Position numbers and translations under genes: made by a program
The notes under the pieces: generated by a model
Seen by the model: the letters and a program-made list of their open reading frames with translations, nothing else
Databases searched by the model: none
Told to the model about the DNA's origin: nothing
Part shown: positions 39,670-50,155 of the stretch, piece after piece
Layout of the letters: each line of letters starts with the position of its first letter
How positions within the stretch are numbered: position 1 is the first letter of the stretch
From: Sphingobacteriales bacterium
GTDB lineage: Bacteria > Bacteroidota > Bacteroidia > UKL13-3
Assembly (NCBI GenBank): GCA_021298155.1
Contig: JAJTEN010000026.1
Span: 4,297-68,296 of the forward strand
Reading direction: 5' to 3'
Length of the DNA stretch: 64,000 nt

Positions 39670-39706
39670 AAAAAAAAGCTTACTCAATTGAATGAGTAAG
39701 CTTTTT
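39670..39706 (-). terminator. Rho-independent terminator of the gldKLMN operon
   Basis: AAAAAGCTTACTCA-6 nt-TGAGTAAGCTTTTT stem followed by a T-run on the minus strand, 18 nt after the gldN stop. Confidence 0.88.
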
Positions 39707-39724
39707 AAAGTTTTTTATGTGGAT

Positions 39725-40561
39725 TTAGTATTCCCAAAGATCATGTTCCTTTTCAAACAACTCTTGTTTAATGCGCTCACCTTCTAAGATGGCCGCAACA
39801 CCATTGTCTTTAAATTCTGCATAATCTCTAATGTACATGTCTTGCGCGTTAGATTCTTTAATGATATAACTACTAAACAATCTTTGTTCAAACCAATCAT
39901 CATAGGTAAGACGAGCTGCATCATTTTGCCTGTTGAAGATATCATTATGAATAAAGAAATGTCTCAAATCAACTCCATCACTAGAATGATATTTGAAGAA
40001 ACACATATCTTGTTCACCCAGATCAACACCACCTAAACGAACCTGGTAACGCGGAGCGATTGCCATAATTCTCACATACATCTGAGAATGTTTCTTATCA
40101 AAAATCCAATCTTCTATAACCTTGTATTTAACAATACGTAGCTCAGGAATCATTGGGTTGATAATTGTATCCGTTTTGGTAAAGGTTGGATCATCTGGAT
40201 CAATTGGCACGTCTACATATTCTGTATCTGTTCCAAGCGTAAGAAACTTTTCAATACTCATTTGAGTATTTAATGAATCAGTTTCATATGGCGTTAACTT
40301 ACCTTCCTTTACAGCATTGTATAGTACAACACTTAAAGGACTTTTAGACCAAGCCATTGGCTGATTATGCTTTTCACGCACATCAATTATCCTAACCACA
40401 CGTTTAGCAGTCATTACATCAGCTTCACGCAAATATGGCCAAGGAATAACTTTACGCTCTGCTACTTGTTGCCCGTTATAGATGAAGTTATCATAAACCC
40501 CTTGGGCAAAATTACTTAAAGAAAGTAACAACAGAACAATGAGACCAATTGATTTTTTCAT
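39725..40561 (-). CDS. gldN: Gliding motility / T9SS protein GldN (PorN)
   Basis: LREADVM, EDWIFDK, RLFSSYIIKES, EHDLWEY; operon position. Confidence 0.93.
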   Translation of the reverse strand: MKKSIGLIVLLLLSLSNFAQGVYDNFIYNGQQVAERKVIPWPYLREADVMTAKRVVRIIDVREKHNQPMAWSKSPLSVVLYNAVKEGKLTPYETDSLNTQMSIEKFLTLGTDTEYVDVPIDPDDPTFTKTDTIINPMIPELRIVKYKVIEDWIFDKKHSQMYVRIMAIAPRYQVRLGGVDLGEQDMCFFKYHSSDGVDLRHFFIHNDIFNRQNDAARLTYDDWFEQRLFSSYIIKESNAQDMYIRDYAEFKDNGVAAILEGERIKQELFEKEHDLWEY

Positions 40562-40576
40562 GTTATATATCGTATA

Positions 40577-42109
40577 TTATTGTCTTACTTCTAATGCAAG
40601 TGAAGAAGGGATTGGAACTGCACCGGCAGGACCTTTAGCCTTGATGTTCATCAAGATAAAACGATCTCCAGGTTTTGCAGCATTTAAGAATCTCTTTGCT
40701 TCTGGTGATAATTGTTCTCCTGATCCATTAGCCACTTGCGCTTGACCTGTTTTCGGTTGATAAACTAAATTCCAGCTAATTGGTGTAAATTTAACTCCTT
40801 CAAAAGCAAAATCTTTTAATGCAGTTAAAACGAAATTAGCAGATTTTAATTGCCCCATAGAAACTGAACCAGATTGCTCAATTGAACCTAACATTGGAGT
40901 AGGCTTTGGAATCTGACGCACACGGTATTCTTTGGTACCCATTAATTTTCCTTCTACAGATGCAGAAATGCTAACAGTTCTATTTGAACCATCTACTTCC
41001 AACATATATTCTCCACCACTACCTACTTTTTTCAAATTTCCACCCACACATTTAACATCCACCTTGTTGGCGCTAAAGCCTGGAACTGAAACTGAAATAG
41101 GATTTTCTAAACCAATGTATACCACATTCATTTTTGTAGCAGAGATTACAGCTAAAGGAGCTACTACAAAGAATGAACCTTCTTTTTCATAAGTTTCTTT
41201 CTTACCACTAGAATTAGTGGTTGTAATAACCGCTTTAAATTTATTTTCACCTTCGCGACCAGCAGTCACTTCATATTTACCAATACCACTTTCATTCTTT
41301 AACGGCGTACCATTTACAGTGATAGAAGCTTCAGATCTTGAACTTGAAGCAGCCAAGAAAATTTCAGCTTGGTATTTATTACCTAAAGTAATGTTTGTAC
41401 CGTTAACTGGAATGATTTGAGGAGTTAATTGATCAATAATCATTACGTTGGCAGTTAAAGATGATTTTAACTCATCTAAAATTTGCGCCTCGGTATTCTT
41501 AATATCATTTTGAGTTTTTGACATCAAAGCCACAACAGCTGCTAAAGGGGTATGTTCAAACATTTCAGACTCCCAAGTTTTGTTTGAATTCTTAGGATCC
41601 TCAGTTGTTAAATCACTCTTAATGAGTGATTGTTTTTCTTTAGGCAATATGGCTAATAATTTTTCTCTTAACTCATTAATTTTAGCTTTAACCTCGGCAC
41701 CTTTACCTTGGTTAATCATTAGGTTAGCGTGTAATTCAATATTACTTGCTTGTGCAATCTCATTTTCAGGATTACCATCTTTACGTCCACCAGCAGTAGT
41801 AATTAACTGTTCTTTTAAGTCTGCAAAATAGGCAACACCTTCATCTGCAATTTTCTTAACCTGTAACGATTTATTAAAAACATCTGTCCCGGTTGGATCG
41901 GTAGGAATATCCTTGTGATATTTTGCAATTGCAGCCATGGTACCATCATTCTTTTTATCAATGTTCATACCCGCGCGGTCCATGCTTATCTCCACCATGT
42001 GGAAGGATTTCAAGATTTCAGCAGATACATTTAATGCTAACAATGCAGTTAACACTAAATACATCATATTGATCATCTTCTGCCTTGTACTTACTTTACC
42101 TCCAGCCAT
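40577..42109 (-). CDS. gldM: Gliding motility / T9SS motor protein GldM (PorM)
   Basis: RQKMINMMYLVLTALLALNVS, KMNVVYIGLENPISVSVPG. Confidence 0.96.
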   Translation of the reverse strand: MAGGKVSTRQKMINMMYLVLTALLALNVSAEILKSFHMVEISMDRAGMNIDKKNDGTMAAIAKYHKDIPTDPTGTDVFNKSLQVKKIADEGVAYFADLKEQLITTAGGRKDGNPENEIAQASNIELHANLMINQGKGAEVKAKINELREKLLAILPKEKQSLIKSDLTTEDPKNSNKTWESEMFEHTPLAAVVALMSKTQNDIKNTEAQILDELKSSLTANVMIIDQLTPQIIPVNGTNITLGNKYQAEIFLAASSSRSEASITVNGTPLKNESGIGKYEVTAGREGENKFKAVITTTNSSGKKETYEKEGSFFVVAPLAVISATKMNVVYIGLENPISVSVPGFSANKVDVKCVGGNLKKVGSGGEYMLEVDGSNRTVSISASVEGKLMGTKEYRVRQIPKPTPMLGSIEQSGSVSMGQLKSANFVLTALKDFAFEGVKFTPISWNLVYQPKTGQAQVANGSGEQLSPEAKRFLNAAKPGDRFILMNIKAKGPAGAVPIPSSLALEVRQ

Positions 42110-42149
42110 TTCTTTATTCTTTGTATTTTACAAAAGTTTATAATTATAA

Positions 42150-42944
42150 TTAGTTACCACGCACGTTCATAGCAGCAAGCATGTTGCCGTATACGCTGTT
42201 TAATGAACCTAAGTTTTTGTTTAACTTATCCATTTCACCTTTAAAATGCTCAGCATTGGCATTTGTTTCGCTTAATGTACTAACTACCTTAGATAAACCA
42301 CCAACAAACTCATTGATACCTTTTAAATGATTGTTTGATTCAGCAATTTCAAGTTCATAAATTGAATTCAATGAAGCTAAGTTTTTAGTCATTTTTTCAA
42401 TTTGCGCACCGTACTCACGTGATCCTTCTGAAGCATTCACTAAACCTTCCATTGCATTTACTGCTTTGGTATATGAAGTGTTGATTCCTGTTAATGAATC
42501 AGCAGCTTGCTGAACATTTTTAGTGTAAGTATCAGTTGCTACTGCGGCAGTAGATAAATCTTTTAGATTGCTTACGTTTTCGCTTAATGTACGCATACCG
42601 TTACCTAGGCTATTAATTAAATCTGGACCAATTTTAGCTTCTTCCATCATCTTATCTAACTGCTGGGTAATTGATCCCTTATTGGCTGTTTTCTTATCTT
42701 TTGGTTCTAAACCTGCTAATTCTGGATACACTAATGTCCAATCTGGTTCTTGATGAGGTGGTTCAAACGCAGAAACAAAGAAAATCGCAGCTTCAGTTAA
42801 TAAACCTACCATCAACATCGCATCAGCACCAGGCCAGTGCAAAATTTTGAATAAAGCACCAACAATTACAACTGCTGCACCGATACCATAAGCCTTTGCC
42901 ATGAAAGACTTAAATCCTTTACTTTCTAATAAACTGTTTTTCAT
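42150..42944 (-). CDS. gldL: Gliding motility / T9SS motor protein GldL (PorL)
   Basis: YGIGAAVVIVGALFKILHW, TEAAIF, DWTLVYPEL, LNSVYGNML. Confidence 0.97.
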   Translation of the reverse strand: MKNSLLESKGFKSFMAKAYGIGAAVVIVGALFKILHWPGADAMLMVGLLTEAAIFFVSAFEPPHQEPDWTLVYPELAGLEPKDKKTANKGSITQQLDKMMEEAKIGPDLINSLGNGMRTLSENVSNLKDLSTAAVATDTYTKNVQQAADSLTGINTSYTKAVNAMEGLVNASEGSREYGAQIEKMTKNLASLNSIYELEIAESNNHLKGINEFVGGLSKVVSTLSETNANAEHFKGEMDKLNKNLGSLNSVYGNMLAAMNVRGN

Positions 42945-42989
42945 TTTAGTTAAAATTTTACGTTTGAATGTTTGTTTAAATTATTTGTA

Positions 42990-44282
42990 TTATTTTTTAT
43001 CTCTGTTTGAACGACCGATATAGGTTTGAACTGTTCTAAATCCAGTATATGAATTTGCGCTATCTTGGTATTCATAGGTACGTGTACCATTTTGAATGTA
43101 ATGAGCTATATCTTTCCAAGATCCGCCTCTAATAACCTTACGTTTTAAAGTTTCAGGATCTTCCTCTTTCGCATCATATTGGTAATCTGAATTTAAATCA
43201 TGCGTAAATAAGTGTGCAGATTCCGCAAAAGAGGTAACAGTCCATTCTGCCACATTTCCACTCATGTCATATAAACCAAAATCATTCGGAAAGTAAGAAG
43301 CTACACGTATTGGATAAACACCACCATCTGCACCGTAATCTCCCCTGCCTGGTTTAAAGTTAGCTAAAGAACAACCTTTTGCATTTCTAACATAAGGTCC
43401 GCCCCATGGATACATCGTTTGGTCTCTTCCTGATCTAGCGGCGTATTCCCACTCATATTCCGTTGGTAATCTGAAAGCAGTTACTCCGTTTTCGCCATTA
43501 TAAGCGTAATATGAATTCATGTGAACAGTTCTCCAATGCGCAAATGCACGGGCCTGTTTCCAATTTACACCTACAACTGGATATTCATCATATTTTGGAT
43601 GCCAATAGTACATTGTTGAAATAGGCTCATTATATGCGTAGGTAAAATCGCGCATGAATACCAATGTGTCAGGGTAAATTTCTACAATTTCCTCACGTTT
43701 GAATTCGCCACGGTTTCTTTGATAAGACTCTTGCTTTTTAAGCATTGCAGCAGCGCGAAGATCTATATAATCGTAACGGTATTTAAGTTTACGCACATCT
43801 ATTTGCTTAGAGCGGTAATACACCTCGTTATTTTGATAATACATATCATTAACATCGCCACCTTTCATGTCTTCCCTATCCATTTTAATTCGATAGTTGA
43901 TCTCATGCTCACCTGTTTCTTCTTCGGTGATAGGATCAATGAGCGCATTCCAATATTTTTCGCCCAATTTCTCACGAAAAATAGAGTCCATCACTTCATC
44001 AACGAACTGACGATACTCGTTATTGGTGATCTCTGTTTCATCCATGTAAAAAGCAGTAATTGTAATCTGCTTATTAGGTGATATCATTTGATTAGGAATA
44101 TCCTGCTCATTTGAACCCACATGGATGGTACCTGAGGGAATGTAAACAGTACCGTATGGCTGCGGGTGAAACCAAGTGCTCCTGCCGCCTACTCCCATTA
44201 ATTCCCCTCTGTCGCTACTCAAGCCGCATCCACTTAGGATAACTGCTAAAGAATAGAAGAAAAACCATTTAAATTGCTTCAT
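42990..44282 (-). CDS. gldK: Gliding motility / T9SS lipoprotein GldK (PorK)
   Basis: Lipobox LSGC; FYMDETEITNNEY, YPVVGVNW, RLPTEYEWEYAAR, YDMSGNVAEW, RGGSW; -7 elements at 44291-44298 and 44314-44321. Confidence 0.95.
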   Translation of the reverse strand: MKQFKWFFFYSLAVILSGCGLSSDRGELMGVGGRSTWFHPQPYGTVYIPSGTIHVGSNEQDIPNQMISPNKQITITAFYMDETEITNNEYRQFVDEVMDSIFREKLGEKYWNALIDPITEEETGEHEINYRIKMDREDMKGGDVNDMYYQNNEVYYRSKQIDVRKLKYRYDYIDLRAAAMLKKQESYQRNRGEFKREEIVEIYPDTLVFMRDFTYAYNEPISTMYYWHPKYDEYPVVGVNWKQARAFAHWRTVHMNSYYAYNGENGVTAFRLPTEYEWEYAARSGRDQTMYPWGGPYVRNAKGCSLANFKPGRGDYGADGGVYPIRVASYFPNDFGLYDMSGNVAEWTVTSFAESAHLFTHDLNSDYQYDAKEEDPETLKRKVIRGGSWKDIAHYIQNGTRTYEYQDSANSYTGFRTVQTYIGRSNRDKK

Positions 44283-44396
44283 TTTTATTTCAAATATAAT
44301 GACTGTAATGTGGCAAAAATATAAATTCCTAAGAATAATGCAAGTTTTGCCTAAAATATTTTTTTTGTTAGTTAAACGTAAACGTGTTGTAAATTA

Positions 44397-45395
44397 TTAC
44401 ATGAACCTCGGTGTATATCTAGATCTAATTACTTTTTCTCTCGGTGGAATTTTAATTCCAAAGCAGTAACGTAACATAAATTCATGTGAACCGCTGCTGT
44501 AATTTAAAATTCTAGACGTAGTTAAATCGTAACTGTAACCCACATTCAAACCAAAGGGGAATTCATATCCAACCAAAAGCACTGCAGCATCCATTGGACG
44601 CCAGGTTAAACCTCCTCTGATATTCTCGTTCCAAACAAGAAAACAGTTTAAGTCGGCCTGAATTTTAGCAGGATCTTTCTTCACCAAGATATTTGGTTGC
44701 AATTTCATGGTTGAATTTAATTGATAAGAACCTCCAGTAACAAAATACATATGCATTTCGCTTTCTTTGGTATCATGTGTCATCTCAATTTTATTCTGGT
44801 TAAGGTGCGTGGCAGACAAACCAGCATAAAATCCATCGATAACACCTAAAAGGTTATCTTTTGAATAATACAAACCAAAATCTACATCTAAAGCAGAACC
44901 TGTTTCCTTAGCATTGGGGATATTGGGGTCGTCTTTATCAATTGCATTAAAATCACCATCAATTGAAATTTGCATCATACCTACGCCCACACCAGCAGAC
45001 AAAATTCCATCGCCAATTGGTTGACGGTAAGAAAGCGCCATTCTTGGAATAACTGTATTGTAAAAACCGTTTACATCGCTTGAAAATGTAGCGCCAATTC
45101 CAATTCTTGAACCTAAGGCGGCATTTATTGAACCAACTAAATTACTTGGTGCATCTCCTCGGCGATAGGTTTTTCCATTACCCGCATCATAGGTTCCTCC
45201 ACCAAAACCCATCCATTGAGTTCTTTGAATAAGCGTAGCACATATTTTGCCATCTGTAGCGCCAGCATAACCTGCATTAAAATTCAATTTATTAAACATA
45301 AACTGACTGTAATGAGGGTCTTGTTGCGCCTTTGAAAACGGCATGTTGGAGAGCATTAATAACCCAAAAACAATTCGTGTAAAGCTTTTCTTCAT
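44397..45395 (-). CDS. porP: Type IX secretion PorP/SprF family outer-membrane protein
   Basis: QQDPHYSQFMFN, RTQW, GYSYD, GSHEF; lies directly upstream of gldK. Confidence 0.85.
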   Translation of the reverse strand: MKKSFTRIVFGLLMLSNMPFSKAQQDPHYSQFMFNKLNFNAGYAGATDGKICATLIQRTQWMGFGGGTYDAGNGKTYRRGDAPSNLVGSINAALGSRIGIGATFSSDVNGFYNTVIPRMALSYRQPIGDGILSAGVGVGMMQISIDGDFNAIDKDDPNIPNAKETGSALDVDFGLYYSKDNLLGVIDGFYAGLSATHLNQNKIEMTHDTKESEMHMYFVTGGSYQLNSTMKLQPNILVKKDPAKIQADLNCFLVWNENIRGGLTWRPMDAAVLLVGYEFPFGLNVGYSYDLTTSRILNYSSGSHEFMLRYCFGIKIPPREKVIRSRYTPRFM

Positions 45396-45507
45396 TCGAT
45401 TAAATTTATAATAATAACTCAATAACGTTTTTACGAATATAGAAATTATTATAAAAAAAAAGAAATCTTGTTGAAAATTATGTGAAATTACAAGAAACTA
45501 TACACAA

Positions 45508-46266
45508 TTAAACCGATTTGTTGTGGGTTTCAATGTGCTTGTCAACCGCAGTAATCATTGATGGCGTTTGTGGAGTAGGTGCTTGGATATTCGCGAGTAA
45601 TCCTGCATCTGTTATCGCTTTCAAGGTAGTAGCTCCAAAGCCTGCAATTAGGGTTTTATTCTGTTTAAACTTAGGAAAATTCTCGAAAAGTGAACGTATG
45701 TCGGCCGGACTAAAAAACGCGATAATGTCGTAATTGACATGTGTTAAATCAGATAAGTCACTTGAAATTATTCTGTAAAAGAAGGCTTCTTTAAAAGAAA
45801 TTTTGCTCTTCTTCATGAACTTTTCAATATCCTGCTTGCGCCAATCACTGCATGGAAATAAATACTTTTCTGTAGGGTGACTTTTAAACAAGGGAAATAA
45901 CTCTGTTTCTGTTCCTTTACCAATAAATATTTTCCGTTTTCTGACTTGAATATATTTTGATAAGTAGTTCGCAATACTTTCGTTAACGCAGAAGTATTTG
46001 AGCTCTATTGGAATTTCAATTTTTAACTCGGTACAAATTCTAAAAAAGTTGTCTACTGAATTTCTAGAATTTAAAATAATGGCAGTATAATCAAGTATAT
46101 TAATCTTTTGTTGTCTAAACTCCTTCCCAGCAATAGGTTCAACCATAATAAATGGCCGAAAATCCATCTTGAGTTTATATTTCTTCTCTAAATCAAACCA
46201 AGGCGATTTCAAACTTTCTGGCCTTGGCTGAGAGATGAGTATACTTTTAATTTTTTCTTTTTTCAA
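45508..46266 (-). CDS. hemD: Uroporphyrinogen-III synthase family protein
   Basis: SILISQPRP, DFRPFI, KYFCVNE, SDLSDL, FFSP, APTPQTPSM (Bacteroidota HemD-type). Confidence 0.82.
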   Translation of the reverse strand: MKKEKIKSILISQPRPESLKSPWFDLEKKYKLKMDFRPFIMVEPIAGKEFRQQKINILDYTAIILNSRNSVDNFFRICTELKIEIPIELKYFCVNESIANYLSKYIQVRKRKIFIGKGTETELFPLFKSHPTEKYLFPCSDWRKQDIEKFMKKSKISFKEAFFYRIISSDLSDLTHVNYDIIAFFSPADIRSLFENFPKFKQNKTLIAGFGATTLKAITDAGLLANIQAPTPQTPSMITAVDKHIETHNKSV

Positions 46267-46267
46267 T

Positions 46268-47197
46268 CTACCACCTATTTAAAAACACCTTAAATATTAC
46301 CAACCAAGGTAATATTTCAAGGGCGCAAAGATATAAAAATATGTATATAAATTGGAACTTACTAATTTGACTAATCATGATAATATTTTTTATTTGCCTA
46401 TAAATAACTGATAATAATATAGTTATAATTGAAATACTAGCTATAATATTTACTATTTTGGGGTCAGAAACAAATACAAAAAACAAATTAATGAACACCA
46501 ATGCAACTCCCAACACATTATTTAATATCAATGCATTAAAAATAATTACTGAACTCATTTGCTTCACTTTAAACAAATATCCAATAAATAAATTAAGCAT
46601 AATTTTACCTAGGTATAATGCAAACAAACCTATTGATAATTGAAGAAATAGGCCAGAATAATCACTATTGTCTAATTCATTATTAACGGCAAGAAGATTA
46701 CTAATAAAGAATGAAATAGAAACAATAAAATTGATAAATAGTCCGGTATGACTTGCTACATAAGTGCCAACTTTATCTGAATATTGACTAAAATCTGCTT
46801 GTAAATCGAAAGCCGATTGAACAATTTCATCGAATCTTTTTATGTGAATTAACCTGATTAATGCTAAAAATAAAAGATTAATGAGGAGTGTCCAAAATTT
46901 CCAAGATTCTCTTGGTTTATTCCTCAATTGAATTGCTTTTAACAAGGGTAAATCTCTAACAGATTCACTAGATTCAGTAGATGTTATTATTTTATTTACG
47001 ATCTCATTCCTAAAGAAATATTGGCGCATTTTGTTTGGCGTATGCAGGCTATCTAATAGGTTTTTCGGACTCAAATCTAACACTACCGCCATTTTATTGT
47101 TGGTATCTTTAGTTGCAAAAACGCTTGTATCTTGTGCATTTGCGAAGCCTTGTAAACAAAAAACAAACAGAAAAAAGAAGTGTATTACTCTAAACAT
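46268..47197 (-). CDS. DUF4271-type membrane protein
   Basis: C-terminal YIFLYLCALEILP; multi-TM; position upstream of hemD. Confidence 0.82.
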   Translation of the reverse strand: MFRVIHFFFLFVFCLQGFANAQDTSVFATKDTNNKMAVVLDLSPKNLLDSLHTPNKMRQYFFRNEIVNKIITSTESSESVRDLPLLKAIQLRNKPRESWKFWTLLINLLFLALIRLIHIKRFDEIVQSAFDLQADFSQYSDKVGTYVASHTGLFINFIVSISFFISNLLAVNNELDNSDYSGLFLQLSIGLFALYLGKIMLNLFIGYLFKVKQMSSVIIFNALILNNVLGVALVFINLFFVFVSDPKIVNIIASISIITILLSVIYRQIKNIIMISQISKFQFIYIFLYLCALEILPWLVIFKVFLNRW

Positions 47198-47207
47198 GTA
47201 GTGCAAA

Positions 47208-48971
47208 TTAAAAAAAATTAGTGAAGCCAAAATGAATTTTAGCTTGTTGGAAGTCTAAATTATTTCCAAGTTGCTTGCCTAAAGCATAATAAAGCGCAAA
47301 TACTCCCGCACCTGTTTCAATGTTCATGCCCATTCCTAAACCCCATGGATTATCTGCAATAGGTTTTGTAAATACAGAATTTTCGTACCATGCACCATTC
47401 CAAAATATCATAAATCCACTGTTTTGTTGAAACAAATAACGTAATTCAAAATTGCCAATCAAGTATTTGTTTGCGAATATACTTTGTTCGTCAAAACCCT
47501 TTAAGGTTTTTAATCCACCAATTCTAAATAACTCATTCAAAAATAAATTTTGATTCATGAGAAAGGCTGTATTTAGCTGGCTTAACAGCACCCAATTCTT
47601 CTTTAGTGGAATATAATACGAGAAATTTCCTTGAATTTTATACTGCATACTAAACAATTGAACAGAATCATACAATCGGTAAAATTCATTATTTCCTTTG
47701 TAAATGGGAAGCTCTTTGAGTTCAGTCATAGGTACTATTCTCTTTGTACCTGCTGCTACATCTATGTGCAGTAAATATCCTTTTCTGGGATTAAAAAAGT
47801 AATCGAGGGTAGATTTTCTGATGGCTAAGCCATATATGTTATTCAATACATCATGAATTGCGGGTAGTCTTTTGTTTACTTTAACAAACTGTGTATCGAT
47901 GGTAAAACTGCTAATGGTTTGATTTTGGAAGTAAAATTTCAAATAATTATTCCCACCCAATCTGTATTGAAGTCCGATATCATTCACCAGTTCAATCCAA
48001 GAAGAATCAAATTTTGCTAGCTTAAAACTATAATCTACCGCCAATCTCGTTTTCAAAAAATAAGGCCAAAGAAATTTAACTTGCAGATCTTGTGAATTGT
48101 TTAAATACCCACGATACACCAATTCAAAATTTTTACCCGTACCAAACAAATTGGCCAATTTTAAATTCATGTCGCCTGTAAGTACCAACTTATTGTTGAT
48201 CTGACTATTTGGGGCAAATCCAACAACGCCATCAAAATTAGAAGCCTTGCGGTGATTAATATACACATATGGTTTGGCCTTATTTCCATAAAAGTAAACA
48301 CCAGTAGGTTGTGCCACTTGCACATAAGCTAATTCGCTTAACCTACTATCTAATTTTCTAATTAAATCTTCTTGATAAACCATACCTGGCTTATAATTGG
48401 CAAACAATTGAAGAAAGTCTTTATTAACTTTTGCGGTTCCACCAAAGTCGATACTATCCAAGTAAATTAAGTTATTTTTGATTAGGTTAATTTTAGCAGA
48501 GCACCCAAGCGAATCGCAGTTTACAGAATCTAATCCAATTTGGGCAAATGGATAGCCATTGTTTTCAGCAAAATCTAAAATTGTATTTAAATATTTACTT
48601 AAACCCAATGCTTTCAAAGGTTTACCTTGCATCGCTTTTAATTCATTACCCAGCCATTCTGGAGGCACATTGCCCAAATCTAAGTGATGTAACACATAGG
48701 TTCGACCCAAATTAAATTGTAATAGAAAACTATCTTGCCCCAAAGGTTTGATAGTATATTGGGTACTTAAATAGTTGTGTTCATAGCACTGTAAGAGAAT
48801 TTTTTGTGCATAATTTGAAAGCGAATTGGAATCTAACCATTGTGCCTTTTCGAACTGTTTATAGAGCTTTTCATGCGCTGGAGAAAAGCTTGTCTGAACC
48901 CAATAAGTACCTTGTGCAAACGCAAATTGCATGCATAATACAAGTAAACATACTGGCGTTATCTTTTTCAA
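47208..48971 (-). CDS. Omp85 (BamA/TamA-like) family outer-membrane protein
   Basis: POTRA-like ENNGYPFA, NELFRIGGLKTLKGFDE (loop-6 VRGF-like motif), C-terminal IHFGFTNFF. Confidence 0.82.
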   Translation of the reverse strand: MKKITPVCLLVLCMQFAFAQGTYWVQTSFSPAHEKLYKQFEKAQWLDSNSLSNYAQKILLQCYEHNYLSTQYTIKPLGQDSFLLQFNLGRTYVLHHLDLGNVPPEWLGNELKAMQGKPLKALGLSKYLNTILDFAENNGYPFAQIGLDSVNCDSLGCSAKINLIKNNLIYLDSIDFGGTAKVNKDFLQLFANYKPGMVYQEDLIRKLDSRLSELAYVQVAQPTGVYFYGNKAKPYVYINHRKASNFDGVVGFAPNSQINNKLVLTGDMNLKLANLFGTGKNFELVYRGYLNNSQDLQVKFLWPYFLKTRLAVDYSFKLAKFDSSWIELVNDIGLQYRLGGNNYLKFYFQNQTISSFTIDTQFVKVNKRLPAIHDVLNNIYGLAIRKSTLDYFFNPRKGYLLHIDVAAGTKRIVPMTELKELPIYKGNNEFYRLYDSVQLFSMQYKIQGNFSYYIPLKKNWVLLSQLNTAFLMNQNLFLNELFRIGGLKTLKGFDEQSIFANKYLIGNFELRYLFQQNSGFMIFWNGAWYENSVFTKPIADNPWGLGMGMNIETGAGVFALYYALGKQLGNNLDFQQAKIHFGFTNFF

Positions 48972-49027
48972 TTATTTTAGAAACGTTTTGTAAACTCCTT
49001 AATTGCTCCGTTCTTCGCAGGGTTGCT

Positions 49028-50155
49028 ATGGCCGGAATTTATATTCACATACCTTTTTGTAAACAAGCTTGTTATTATTGTAACTTTCATTTTAGCACTG
49101 TTCTTTCATACAAAGAAAAGCTTGTGGAAGCAATTGCAAAAGAACTATTTTTAAGAAAAGATTACTTAAAGAACCAAGCCATACAAACTATTTACTTGGG
49201 GGGCGGCACGCCTAGCTTGTTGGATCCAAGGGAACTCGATATTATTTTTAATACCCTGCACAAAGCATTTGATTTGTCGGCCATTAAAGAATTTACACTT
49301 GAGGCAAACCCAGACGACCTAAACAGTAACTTTTTAAATTATTTAAAAAAGAGTCCAATAAATCGATTGAGCATAGGCATTCAAAGCTTTAACGATACTG
49401 ATTTGCAATTTATGAACCGCGCGCACAAAGCAGAGGAGGCTATTAATTGTATAAAAACTGCTCAAAACATTGGATTTAATAATATTAGTATCGACTTAAT
49501 ATACGGTATTCCGGGTATGAACTTGGAAAGATGGCATCAAAATCTAGCCACTGCTTTTTCATTACACATTCAGCATTTATCTAGCTATTGCCTCACCATT
49601 GAACCTAAAACAGTATTTGGGAACCAACTGGCCAAGAATCATTTTATTACAACACCAGAAGAAGATAGTGAGGAGCAGTTTTTATATTTAATTGAGCTAG
49701 CAGGTAAGGCCGGTTTTGAGCAATATGAAATTTCAAATTTTGCCAAAGACAAAGCCTATGCCCAACACAATACACAGTATTGGAAAGGTTCACCCTACTT
49801 AGGAGTAGGTCCGGGAGCGCATAGTTTCAAAGCAAATGAACGAAGTTGGAATATTTCAAACAACCAACAGTATATGCATGCGATTGAAAAAGGCATATTA
49901 CCTTTAGAAAGTGAAACACTCAGTATTGAAAACCAATACAACGAATGGGTTATGACAGGCCTACGAACCATATGGGGATTAAACCTAGATGAGGGCAAAG
50001 ACAAATTTGGTTCAGACCGAATGAGCTATTTACAGAAACAATTAGCGGTTTATATAAACCATGAGCAGGTTAAGCAAGTTAACAATACGCTAATTATAGC
50101 TGAGCATGCAAGGTTTTTAGCCGATGGGATTGCTTCTGCCGCATTTATGGTTTAA
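49028..50155 (+). CDS. hemW: Radical SAM heme chaperone HemW
   Basis: MAGIYIHIPFCKQACYYCNF, GGGTPS, EANPDD, YEISNF, HNTQYW. Confidence 0.93.
   Translation: MAGIYIHIPFCKQACYYCNFHFSTVLSYKEKLVEAIAKELFLRKDYLKNQAIQTIYLGGGTPSLLDPRELDIIFNTLHKAFDLSAIKEFTLEANPDDLNSNFLNYLKKSPINRLSIGIQSFNDTDLQFMNRAHKAEEAINCIKTAQNIGFNNISIDLIYGIPGMNLERWHQNLATAFSLHIQHLSSYCLTIEPKTVFGNQLAKNHFITTPEEDSEEQFLYLIELAGKAGFEQYEISNFAKDKAYAQHNTQYWKGSPYLGVGPGAHSFKANERSWNISNNQQYMHAIEKGILPLESETLSIENQYNEWVMTGLRTIWGLNLDEGKDKFGSDRMSYLQKQLAVYINHEQVKQVNNTLIIAEHARFLADGIASAAFMV

Noticed and set aside
48806..49027. 74-aa N-terminal extension of HemW
   Set aside because: It overlaps the divergent Omp85-like gene; the family start MAGIYIHIPFC is at 49028
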